This document shows positions 29,927 through 37,064 of a stretch of 38,024 nucleotides of DNA, one piece after another. The notes beneath the pieces were generated by a model. That model was not told the DNA's origin. It saw only the letters and a list, made by a program, of their open reading frames with translations, and ran no database searches. Made by a program: the position numbers and the translations under genes. Position 1 is the first letter of the stretch. Every line of letters begins with the position of its first letter. The stretch comes from a virus (Duplodnaviria > Caudoviricetes), in the IMG/VR virus record IMGVR_UViG_3300049924_000050, positions 1 to 38,024 of that record; one strand, given 5' to 3'.

Positions 29927-30026
29927 GACGGTATAATTAAAAGATACCCTGTAAATGCAAAAGTCCACACCTTCATAGTCGTTGGTGCTAAGGATAATGA
30001 GATTGACCGACTAACTGTTTTCTCTT

Positions 30027-30473
30027 ATGAGAGTACTTAAAATTTTGTTTCTTTCCTTTGCTTTTCTGAGTCAAATTACTGTTTACGCTAGCTATGCGCC
30101 AGAACCAGAGAAGAAACCAGTTGTGGAGCACGTTATTACGTCAAAAATTGACATTAGAGGCACACAAAATGTTAAAAACGATTACCAGCTACTTATCGAT
30201 AAATATGCTCAAATTTGGTCAGTTTCACCCGACCTTATGAATAGCTTAATCAAGTGTGAATCTTCGTACAATCGTTACGCAGTTAATGACACACCTGGAG
30301 TAGAGTTAAGTATCGGGTTGAGCCAGATTAATCTAAAAGCTCACGACGTTACACGTGAACAAGCAGAAGACCCTGAGTTTGCAATAAACTTTATGGCTAA
30401 ACACATTGCTAGTGGTGATGCGCCAAGAATGTGGTACACCTGTTACAAAAAGTTTTCCACAGGTAAAAATTAA
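30027..30473 (+). CDS. Secreted SLT-type lytic transglycosylase
   Basis: Signal peptide; LIKCESSYNRYAVN, SIGLSQIN, DPEFAINF; own TATAAT at 29932-29937. Confidence 0.85.
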   Translation: MRVLKILFLSFAFLSQITVYASYAPEPEKKPVVEHVITSKIDIRGTQNVKNDYQLLIDKYAQIWSVSPDLMNSLIKCESSYNRYAVNDTPGVELSIGLSQINLKAHDVTREQAEDPEFAINFMAKHIASGDAPRMWYTCYKKFSTGKN

Positions 30474-30640
30474 AACGTGTGCTAGTATACACGATAGAAG
30501 ATATTTCTTCTATTCCCCACTTATAAATTAATTTACATCATTATTAATAAGTGTGGGGTTGAGGATATATCTAAGAGGGGGATTAAGTTCTATAGGAGTT
30601 TAAATCTCCACCCCTCGCCATTCTTTCACAAGGAGTAATC

Positions 30641-30877
30641 ATGAAAGGAGCTAAGAAACTTCATGAAGCACAAGCTGAGCACCGTGATTCCGTCGCACTC
30701 TCTCCATGCCTCGTATGTGGCACAGAGATCGACAAAGGCTACTATGGCCGTCATGGCGATGGTGGCGTTTGCTCGAAAGTGTGTGAAGACGAGTTCGCTA
30801 AGAAGCCAAAGTTTCCAGGGCATTCGGAAGAAGAGCTTTTGATGCGTTTGGCTGAAGACATGGACAACGATCACTAG
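30641..30877 (+). CDS. Hypothetical zinc-finger protein (GC-rich island)
   Basis: CLVCG...CSKVC; SD AGGAG at 30631-30635. Confidence 0.75.
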   Translation: MKGAKKLHEAQAEHRDSVALSPCLVCGTEIDKGYYGRHGDGGVCSKVCEDEFAKKPKFPGHSEEELLMRLAEDMDNDH

Positions 30878-30885
30878 GAGAAGAC

Positions 30886-30966
30886 ATGTTCTATTTCTGG
30901 TTCGCTTGGGTGTACATCATCCTCGACATTCCCCCACCCCACAGCCGTCATCGGCGAAAGGACTGA
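30886..30966 (+). CDS. 26-aa hydrophobic/basic microprotein
   Basis: MFYFWFAWVYIILDIPPPHSRHRRKD; SD TAGGAG at 30875-30880; fills the gap. Confidence 0.55.
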   Translation: MFYFWFAWVYIILDIPPPHSRHRRKD

Positions 30967-30968
30967 TC

Positions 30969-31274
30969 ATGGTCAAGAACGTTCGTTTGCTTTTGGTTTC
31001 TGCTCTGTTCCCTTTTGCAGTTCACGCCTTCGAGCCGAAGGTTGACCTGAAGGGTTCAGAAGCAATCGGCAAGGGCCACTGCAAGTTCGTGGACATGACG
31101 TATGTGTGCTTCGTTCTCAAGAAGGACGAAAAGTACTACATCGCTGCCGTGGACAACAACGGTGTGCTCGCCGTCTACTCGGTCAGTGGTCTGAAACAGG
31201 ACTACACGGCCGAAGAGATGAAGCTGATCTGGCAACGCGACAGCCAGGAGCGGAGGCAAAATGACCTCACATGA
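30969..31274 (+). CDS. Secreted hypothetical protein
   Basis: Start MVKNVR with SD AAAGGA; signal peptide ending AVHA; two Cys. Confidence 0.7.
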   Translation: MVKNVRLLLVSALFPFAVHAFEPKVDLKGSEAIGKGHCKFVDMTYVCFVLKKDEKYYIAAVDNNGVLAVYSVSGLKQDYTAEEMKLIWQRDSQERRQNDLT

Positions 31275-31446
31275 CAAACTCAAGGCGGCCATTGCGCAAT
31301 CTCGTCGCACAGAAATTGAGTTCTTCCAAGCTGCCTATCTTTGGCGGTACAAGAAAGTTCATAACTGTGTGAATGATGTTTGCCAATACAGGCTGAACGC
31401 TGTCATTCCAAAATACGTGCTGGAGTTCCTTGAACACCACTCGTAA
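31261..31446 (+). CDS. Hypothetical protein
   Basis: SD GGAGG at 31252-31256. Confidence 0.7.
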   Translation: MTSHDKLKAAIAQSRRTEIEFFQAAYLWRYKKVHNCVNDVCQYRLNAVIPKYVLEFLEHHS

Positions 31447-31449
31447 AAG

Positions 31450-31473
31450 AAACCACCCAATTACGGGTGGTTT
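31450..31473. terminator. Bidirectional terminator between convergent island operons
   Basis: AAACCACCC-AATTAC-GGGTGGTTT. Confidence 0.8.
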
Positions 31474-31489
31474 TGATTTGTTCAGTAGA

Positions 31490-31687
31490 TTACAGCAAGT
31501 CTGCAAGGATTTGAATGACTTCACTGTACTCCTTAACACAGTCTTTGTGGAATTGATGATTTTCGGATCGAGCGAGCTCTCCATCGTGGGTGTAGTACAG
31601 ATGGGATTCAAGTGACCCCCACACAAGGCGTATTGCTTTCTCGATCTTGATTGTTCTTTCCTTATCCGCTTTAGATGTTCTCGCCAT
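31490..31687 (-). CDS. Hypothetical protein
   Basis: Start MARTSK at 31687 with SD GGAG. Confidence 0.65.
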   Translation of the reverse strand: MARTSKADKERTIKIEKAIRLVWGSLESHLYYTHDGELARSENHQFHKDCVKEYSEVIQILADLL

Positions 31688-32108
31688 GATGTTTCTCCGT
31701 AAATGGTTGGACACAATCTGGGTACTTGTCGATTATCTCCCCCATCTTTGCATTCATTTTTTTGATCCATTCTTCGTCTTTGAACTTCGGTGGGCGATCG
31801 TCTTCCCACATCTCGTTCATCATTGCATCCCGCAGCACATGAAGTGCCGACATCGCTTTTGAAATGTGTGAGATGCCTGAATCTGGGTCAATATCAGTAC
31901 CCTCCCACCAATCCATGAGGTGTCGCATTGCTGCATCGTAGTAAACAGAGGCACGAACACCAGCTACACGATAGTTGTGTGAGCCGTATTTGCGCCCACC
32001 TTCTGCCATACCCAGTGCCATTTCCATGACAACTGGCATAGACACAACGTGCATTGGAACTTTACGAATACCGATTGAGTCTTTTGGGTTTGTTTGCTTT
32101 GAGTCCAT
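31671..32108 (-). CDS. dATP/dGTP diphosphohydrolase-domain protein (DUF5664-like)
   Basis: NPKD..G..K, G..KYG..NYR, YYDAAMRHL..WWEG.D.DPDSG..H. Confidence 0.8.
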   Translation of the reverse strand: MDSKQTNPKDSIGIRKVPMHVVSMPVVMEMALGMAEGGRKYGSHNYRVAGVRASVYYDAAMRHLMDWWEGTDIDPDSGISHISKAMSALHVLRDAMMNEMWEDDRPPKFKDEEWIKKMNAKMGEIIDKYPDCVQPFTEKHHGENI

Positions 32109-32127
32109 GTATTTCCTTTAGTTAATG

Positions 32128-32152
32128 AAAAAAAGAGTAGCCGAAGCTACTC
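32128..32152 (-). terminator. Rho-independent terminator after the phosphoesterase
   Basis: Minus strand GAGTAGC-TTCG-GCTACTC-T7. Confidence 0.85.
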
Positions 32153-32155
32153 CAC

Positions 32156-33328
32156 CTACTCAACAAGAATAGGACAAACTACAGTTTTGCCACGCTTCTG
32201 ATCAATCAGGAAAAATGCTTGCTCAGGTCGTCCAGTGAAACCAAGACGCTTCCCGTATGGGCTGTCCCCGATGAGAGAACCGTTGACAATGAACTGCCCA
32301 CCATCAATGCGATTATGGAAATGCCCGAAGACATCCAGATACGCTTTTCGGTCATTGTTGTAACGGTTGATGGCCTTGATGACTGGCACGGTAATGCCAC
32401 CCAATCCACCACCGTATTGAATTGCATGACCATGGTGAAAACGAATCGTGTGTCCAAGCACATCGACGTAGTTGTGGTAAGACCTGGACAGAACAAACGT
32501 CACACGCTTTTCTTTTGCAAAGTACTTCGCCAAGAAGTTGTACATCGCCCACTCAAGCGAGTTCCCTTGTTCATTCGACACGTGAATCTTGTGAGTCATG
32601 CGCGAATGATTACCAACGGCACACGGCACAACCAGCTTCAGTTTTGAGTTCTTCAGGAGGAACTCAATTCCAGATGCGATAAGGTTCTGTGCGAACAGCA
32701 TTGCATCTTGTGGACCGACTTCACATGCGGCAAGCAGCTCTTCATGGATGTTCCCTGAGAAGAAATCTCCCAAGAGAGCAACCACAAGTGTGTCGATCTT
32801 CACCGCTTGTTGTTCTTTTTCCACGAGTTGCAGTGTGTGCTGGAAGAACTTCTCTGCACGTTTCTTTGCGATAGCCATCGTGTACTCGTTTGAACCGTTC
32901 ACGCTTTCTGGCTTCACATTTTCTTCGACGTGCCAATCTGAGGCGACAGCGACTGCCACAGCATTGCCACCAGTTCCTTTCGACTTTTCAATCGTGTAAG
33001 TGCTCACAGCATCCTTACATGCAGAAATGGTTTCAATGTCATCACGCAAACGCATGATTTCAGCCATAGCGATCTGGTACTTTTTGTCAGTACCTTTTTC
33101 TTGGTGCTTCAGACGAAGTTTCTCCATGTCCAGCGCAAACTGTTGCTCATCAGTAAGTGCTGCTTTCTTGACCCCTTGGCCTTGTGCTTCACCAATCAGA
33201 CCTTCATCACGAAGTCGTGCTTGGTGCTCGTTGATCGTTCTTGTAGTCCTGCCAGTTTTCTTTGCCAACCATGCCCTTGTTTCTCCTTGATTATCAATCA
33301 AGAACTTACGCAGTTGCTCGGTGTTCAT
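32156..33328 (-). CDS. Calcineurin-like metallophosphoesterase with N-terminal HTH and coiled coil
   Basis: SDWH, LGD, GNH, HHGH and GHFH motifs; N-terminal TRAWLAKKTGRTTRTI; SD AAGGAG. Confidence 0.85.
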   Translation of the reverse strand: MNTEQLRKFLIDNQGETRAWLAKKTGRTTRTINEHQARLRDEGLIGEAQGQGVKKAALTDEQQFALDMEKLRLKHQEKGTDKKYQIAMAEIMRLRDDIETISACKDAVSTYTIEKSKGTGGNAVAVAVASDWHVEENVKPESVNGSNEYTMAIAKKRAEKFFQHTLQLVEKEQQAVKIDTLVVALLGDFFSGNIHEELLAACEVGPQDAMLFAQNLIASGIEFLLKNSKLKLVVPCAVGNHSRMTHKIHVSNEQGNSLEWAMYNFLAKYFAKEKRVTFVLSRSYHNYVDVLGHTIRFHHGHAIQYGGGLGGITVPVIKAINRYNNDRKAYLDVFGHFHNRIDGGQFIVNGSLIGDSPYGKRLGFTGRPEQAFFLIDQKRGKTVVCPILVE

Positions 33329-33486
33329 AGTTTACTCCTTTTGAAAGAACGTTGTTGAACTTAGTTTATGTGACATATCTCTTCATCACACGACTACCTT
33401 AATATTAAAATGTGTTGTCCAATAACGTCTTTAAAATAAGTAGAACATGATACTTGACAAAAACCTATACTGTGGACAGTAAATAC

Positions 33487-33591
33487 CAGAAAAGCACTCT
33501 CTGGTAAAAGTGCTTCTCTGTGAGATAACGATATGAAAGTGTAAACCCGTTCAGAGATTACATGTGACGAGAAATACTAAAAACTCATCAC
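33487..33591 (-). ncRNA. Putative ~105-nt three-hairpin small RNA
   Basis: TG-C-TATACT promoter (33598-33606); stems close with G-U pairs on minus but A-C mismatches on plus; ends in hairpin plus short U run. Confidence 0.5.
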
Positions 33592-33620
33592 TTGCAGAGT
33601 ATAGCATACCGTATTATAAT
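33592..33620 (+). promoter_or_regulatory. Sigma70-type promoter overlapping a divergent promoter
   Basis: TTGCAG(33592-33597)-17 bp-TATAAT(33615-33620). Confidence 0.7.
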
Positions 33621-33626
33621 TAAGAA

Positions 33627-34035
33627 GACCTCTCGCTAAAGAGTTTACTAGCCAGTGGCGGAACTATATTCTGTTGCACAAGGCTCTGATGAGTAGGCTA
33701 TTATGATACTTAACGTAGCCGAAAGTGACATTTGGTGTGATCCCATTTAGGCTCGGTGTATCAATCGAATATATGACATATAGAAGATTATATTTGTAGA
33801 GTGATAAATGTTTTTTTAGTTTCGTAAAAACTATTACCTACCTACTTAATGTAGATAAGGCTCGGAGCATTGTTGAAAGACTTGCTCTGCATCTAGCGGG
33901 CGCAAGCTCCTAACGGTTCGAACTGTTGGCTAGACAAAAAGTAATTCCACTTAATGGGGCTTCCGTATGGTTGCTCAGTAGCTAAACGATGGGTTCTCCC
34001 ATTTAATGCTTCTTACAAGACTAAGTGGTTTTTTT
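33627..34035 (+). ncRNA. Putative ~400-nt structured non-coding RNA
   Basis: Promoter upstream; several stems with GNRA and TTCGAA loops; CCACTTA/TAAGTGG plus T7 at the end; no long ORF. Confidence 0.55.
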
Positions 34036-34050
34036 GTTGTATAATTAAAT

Positions 34051-34170
34051 AGCACAATAAAAGTGTAGAGCCAGCTCCGTCCAACTCTTTTACATAAAAT
34101 ACAAAGTGGCGGTAAATAAATAAGACTAGATTAATAGTACAACTAACCCCACAGCAATGTGTGGTTTTTT
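34051..34170 (+). ncRNA. Putative ~120-nt small RNA
   Basis: TATAAT 34040-34045; AGTGGCGG shared with the upstream RNA; terminator CCACA-GCAATG-TGTGG-T6. Confidence 0.4.
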
Positions 34171-34171
34171 G

Positions 34172-34180
34172 TTATCCACA
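34172..34180 (+). promoter_or_regulatory. Perfect DnaA box
   Basis: TTATCCACA. Confidence 0.6.
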
Positions 34181-34248
34181 CCCTATACACTTTTAAATAC
34201 GTTGTTTATACTCTAAGAGTAATAGAAATATTACCAGTGATATGACTC

Positions 34249-34308
34249 GACTCTTCACAGAGTCCCATGAGCGTAAGTTCGTGGCTCACTGTGAGGAGTT
34301 TTGTTTTT
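34249..34308 (+). ncRNA. Long GNRA-capped hairpin with T tail (sRNA or attenuator)
   Basis: GACTCTTCACAG/CTGTGAGGAGTT enclosing CCATGAGC-GTAA-GTTCGTGG; TATACT at 34207-34212. Confidence 0.55.
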
Positions 34309-34733
34309 AAATTCTTGTACGAACCATCTAATAAGGCTTACAGATGTAAAACTATGTCTTTTGAAATAGAGGTACATTTATGAAGGGGGACAATATAACA
34401 CGTTCTATGAGTTCCTAACAATCTGGTTAGATAAGAACATAGTAAACTAGGACTTCCTCTCGACGTATGAAGCTGAGTATTGCCCTCTTTCATAGATGTA
34501 TCTTAAATGAACATTCAGGTATTAATGCGAAAACATGGAAAAACAGTTGTCACCCTCTGTCCATGTCGTCTGATTAGTATCGGAGTGTTTAAGTTAGTAA
34601 CGTATACCTTCTGGGGAGGTAACAACATCTACTAACACCGTACAGATAACATAAGAACCCAAGCTTCTGGGATTAATCGAAAGGAAAAGGGTGGAAGATA
34701 AATTTGAACTATTAGATAAAATTGAAAGTTCAC

Positions 34734-34797
34734 TTATCCACACAAGAAACCTAGGAACTATGTATATAATATATCTAGCGATAACAACGCTAACGAT
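34734..34797 (+). promoter_or_regulatory. DnaA box, -10 box and leader hairpin
   Basis: TTATCCACA 34734-34742; TATAAT 34765-34770; TAGCG-ATAACAA-CGCTA 34776-34792. Confidence 0.6.
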
Positions 34798-35103
34798 ATG
34801 GAAATACCACAAACAACTTTAGATAGATTCAAATTAGGTGCTGAACTAAATACTAAGATAGTTAAGCGTCAGACAGAAAGAGGTGAATTACTTAAACAAT
34901 TCCTAGAGCAAATAAACATGTCTAGGATAGGAAGCAAATACAAGCCTGTTACCATAGCAAAAATAGGAATGGACGTAGCACACGTAGAAACTAAAGATCT
35001 ATACTACCTACTCAGTGTATGCAAAGATGCTGGCAACAGAGCAAAGAGATATGATTCAGGTTTCTCTAAGATGTTTTATTGGTCAATAAGAGTACAAAAA
35101 TGA
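34798..35103 (+). CDS. Hypothetical basic protein
   Basis: First gene after promoter and leader. Confidence 0.75.
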   Translation: MEIPQTTLDRFKLGAELNTKIVKRQTERGELLKQFLEQINMSRIGSKYKPVTIAKIGMDVAHVETKDLYYLLSVCKDAGNRAKRYDSGFSKMFYWSIRVQK

Positions 35104-35276
35104 AAACAGAATTTAACAACGATGATAGAAAATTACTACTAAGATACTGGCAAGCATTCCATCAAGGATTTGTCTCTAAGTCAGATGTTACTGGTTTAAG
35201 AATTATGAGAGAAAAATTCGTAAGTAACAAAGCGTATGACAAGTATGACTTGTTTATACCTAATAACTTGAAATGA
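35100..35276 (+). CDS. Hypothetical protein
   Basis: ATGA overlaps at both ends. Confidence 0.65.
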   Translation: MKTEFNNDDRKLLLRYWQAFHQGFVSKSDVTGLRIMREKFVSNKAYDKYDLFIPNNLK

Positions 35277-35674
35277 AATCGGATCGTAAGAAATTAGAGG
35301 ATAAAGTATGGAATGAATGTAAACGTGTCACTAGAAAACGTCATGGAGATAAATGCTATACGTGTGGAGCTTCTAACTTAGAAGGTTCTAACTGGCATAC
35401 TGGCCACGGCAAACCAAAAGGAGCACTATCGGTAAAATATAAGTATGACCTTCGTAACCTACGGCCACAATGTATGTTATGCAATATACATAGAGGTGGA
35501 ATGTCTGATATATTTATTACCAAGTTAGAAAAAGAACAAGAAGGGCTATCTTTCCTAGAAGAATGTTGTACACAGACTGATGAAGGGTGGATTATAAAAC
35601 ACGGTGATACAATGGGCGGTAAAGATGCAACTTTCTTTCTTGAGAACTTGCTTAAAGAATATAAACAACTATGA
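35273..35674 (+). CDS. ninG: NinG/Rap-like recombination endonuclease
   Basis: CYTCG, HTGH, YDLRNLRPQCMLCNIHRGG. Confidence 0.75.
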   Translation: MKSDRKKLEDKVWNECKRVTRKRHGDKCYTCGASNLEGSNWHTGHGKPKGALSVKYKYDLRNLRPQCMLCNIHRGGMSDIFITKLEKEQEGLSFLEECCTQTDEGWIIKHGDTMGGKDATFFLENLLKEYKQL

Positions 35675-35781
35675 CATATATTTGTGATACATGTAAAAAG
35701 TCTTGCAGCCAGCTATACTCTGGTGTTATTGACAATAAGTTTGTTTATCAATGTGTAAAATGCACGTTTAAGAAGAAATGA
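35671..35781 (+). CDS. 36-aa zinc-ribbon microprotein
   Basis: Read manually: CDTC...CVKC; ATGA overlaps. Confidence 0.55.
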   Translation: MTYICDTCKKSCSQLYSGVIDNKFVYQCVKCTFKKK

Positions 35782-35879
35782 AAAAATACTACTGGAAGGG
35801 GAATTGGTACACAGTGATAAATAAAGATGACTATAATTATGTACTTTTAAATGGTTCTTGGACGTATATAAAAAAATAG
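35778..35879 (+). CDS. 33-aa aromatic-rich microprotein
   Basis: MKKYYWKGNWYTVIIKDDYNYVLLNGSWTYIKK; ATGA overlap. Confidence 0.45.
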   Translation: MKKYYWKGNWYTVINKDDYNYVLLNGSWTYIKK

Positions 35880-35951
35880 TTTTCCACAGTTACCCACTTG
35901 CAAAACTTATCACATGGTATATACTGTGTACATGGAGAGATAACCAACTCC
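35880..35951 (+). promoter_or_regulatory. DnaA-like box, promoter and leader hairpin
   Basis: TTTTCCACA 35880-35888; TTGCAA 35898-35903; TATACT 35920-35925; GGAG-AGATAACCAA-CTCC 35934-35951. Confidence 0.6.
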
Positions 35952-35959
35952 TTAATACT

Positions 35960-36211
35960 ATGAAAATAATTTCAATATCAGAATTTAACAACTACGCAGT
36001 TAAAGAACTATCAAGAGGTAAAGTTGAATCACACTGTGTGTCAATCTTAAGGGCATTAATGGAAAATCTTGTAGTTGGAGAATCTGTAGAGGTTTTAAAA
36101 GAAGAATGGACAAATAAATCAGAGCCAAGAATCCCATTAAAAAATGGTAAAAAATTTACTACACACACATTAGCTAATAATTCAGGTTGGCTCGTTAAAA
36201 GAATTGTTTAA
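35960..36211 (+). CDS. Hypothetical protein
   Basis: ATG at 35960 lies downstream of the promoter and leader. Confidence 0.7.
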   Translation: MKIISISEFNNYAVKELSRGKVESHCVSILRALMENLVVGESVEVLKEEWTNKSEPRIPLKNGKKFTTHTLANNSGWLVKRIV

Positions 36212-36217
36212 TTTATT

Positions 36218-36406
36218 ATGATAAAGTTGTACATCACAGCCATTGATTCAAAAACAGATGGCACAGCAGTTACTTTACTAGAAGATACTTTGCTTTACAC
36301 AACAAGAGAACGTCTTAACCTTTTTCCAGAAGAGTTAAGTGTTGTTCTACAAAATAAGTTAGAAGAAGCTGAAAAAATTAACGATCAAATAACATCACCA
36401 TTCTAA
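36218..36406 (+). CDS. Hypothetical protein ending in SPF
   Basis: ORF track. Confidence 0.65.
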   Translation: MIKLYITAIDSKTDGTAVTLLEDTLLYTTRERLNLFPEELSVVLQNKLEEAEKINDQITSPF

Positions 36407-36407
36407 T

Positions 36408-36575
36408 ATGACTTTTGATCCACATTTTGACAATAGAAGTGAAGAAGGTCTACAACTAAATGTAGATGGTCACGGTGTAGAGTGGGATAGGGAAGAAAGT
36501 CTTGAATCATATAATTCAACCTATACAACAAGTGAAGCTATAGAAGTAGAACCACAATTACCAAGTGAACAATAA
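36408..36575 (+). CDS. Small acidic protein (55 aa)
   Basis: Read manually (MTFDPHFDNRSEEG...); TAA-T-ATG start; fills the gap. Confidence 0.6.
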   Translation: MTFDPHFDNRSEEGLQLNVDGHGVEWDREESLESYNSTYTTSEAIEVEPQLPSEQ

Positions 36576-36579
36576 AAAT

Positions 36580-37059
36580 ATGAAAGAAATATCTAAAGCA
36601 ATCCTTGCCGTCATGACAGAGGTAAAAGGTATCGACAAGTCAATGACAGTTGGCTCAGGTAACTACTCTTACAAGGGAGTATCAGACCAAGTAGTAAAGG
36701 AAGTACTGCAACCTGCTATGGTAAAAAATGGGCTTTCTATCGTTCCTACAGATGTGCAAGCTAAAGTTACAACTGACAGATGGGAGGAAGGTGGAAAACA
36801 GAAGCAATCCACCTTCACAGAAGTGACTACAAAATATCTCCTACTGCACTCAAGTGGAGAGTCAATCGAACTAGCAGGTTATGGTCATGGTGTAGACAAC
36901 CAAGACAAGGGAGCTGGTAAGGCAACAACCTACGCTCTCAAGTACGCTCTACTATACACGTTCTTAATCCCCACAGGTAAGATCGATGATGCAGATACCA
37001 CTCATTCAGATGAAGTGGACGTTCCAAATACTAATAATAAGGCAGGACTGCCATTTTAA
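36580..37059 (+). CDS. erf: ERF-family single-strand annealing recombinase
   Basis: YSYKG, LLHSSGE, DKGAGKATTYALKYALLYTFLIPTG..DD. Confidence 0.85.
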   Translation: MKEISKAILAVMTEVKGIDKSMTVGSGNYSYKGVSDQVVKEVLQPAMVKNGLSIVPTDVQAKVTTDRWEEGGKQKQSTFTEVTTKYLLLHSSGESIELAGYGHGVDNQDKGAGKATTYALKYALLYTFLIPTGKIDDADTTHSDEVDVPNTNNKAGLPF

Positions 37060-37064
37060 ACAAC

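Noticed and set aside
31671-32108. 2-aminoadenine (Z) genome pathway
   Set aside because: No purZ, datZ or phage DNA polymerase recognised
31056-33358. Overlapping alternative-frame ORFs in the GC-rich island
   Set aside because: They overlap motif-bearing, SD-led genes and are expected at higher GC
33686-33730. Hammerhead ribozyme (CTGATGA...GAAA)
   Set aside because: Stem II is offset by extra nucleotides and I could not place stems I and III with a UH cleavage site; kept only as part of the larger RNA
33648-33934. tRNA, intron-containing tRNA or tmRNA
   Set aside because: No anticodon arm or CCA, the T loop is 6 nt, and there are no tmRNA-type ends or group I core
33329-34797. CRISPR or mini-CRISPR array
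   Set aside because: No direct repeats with regular spacers; only inverted repeats
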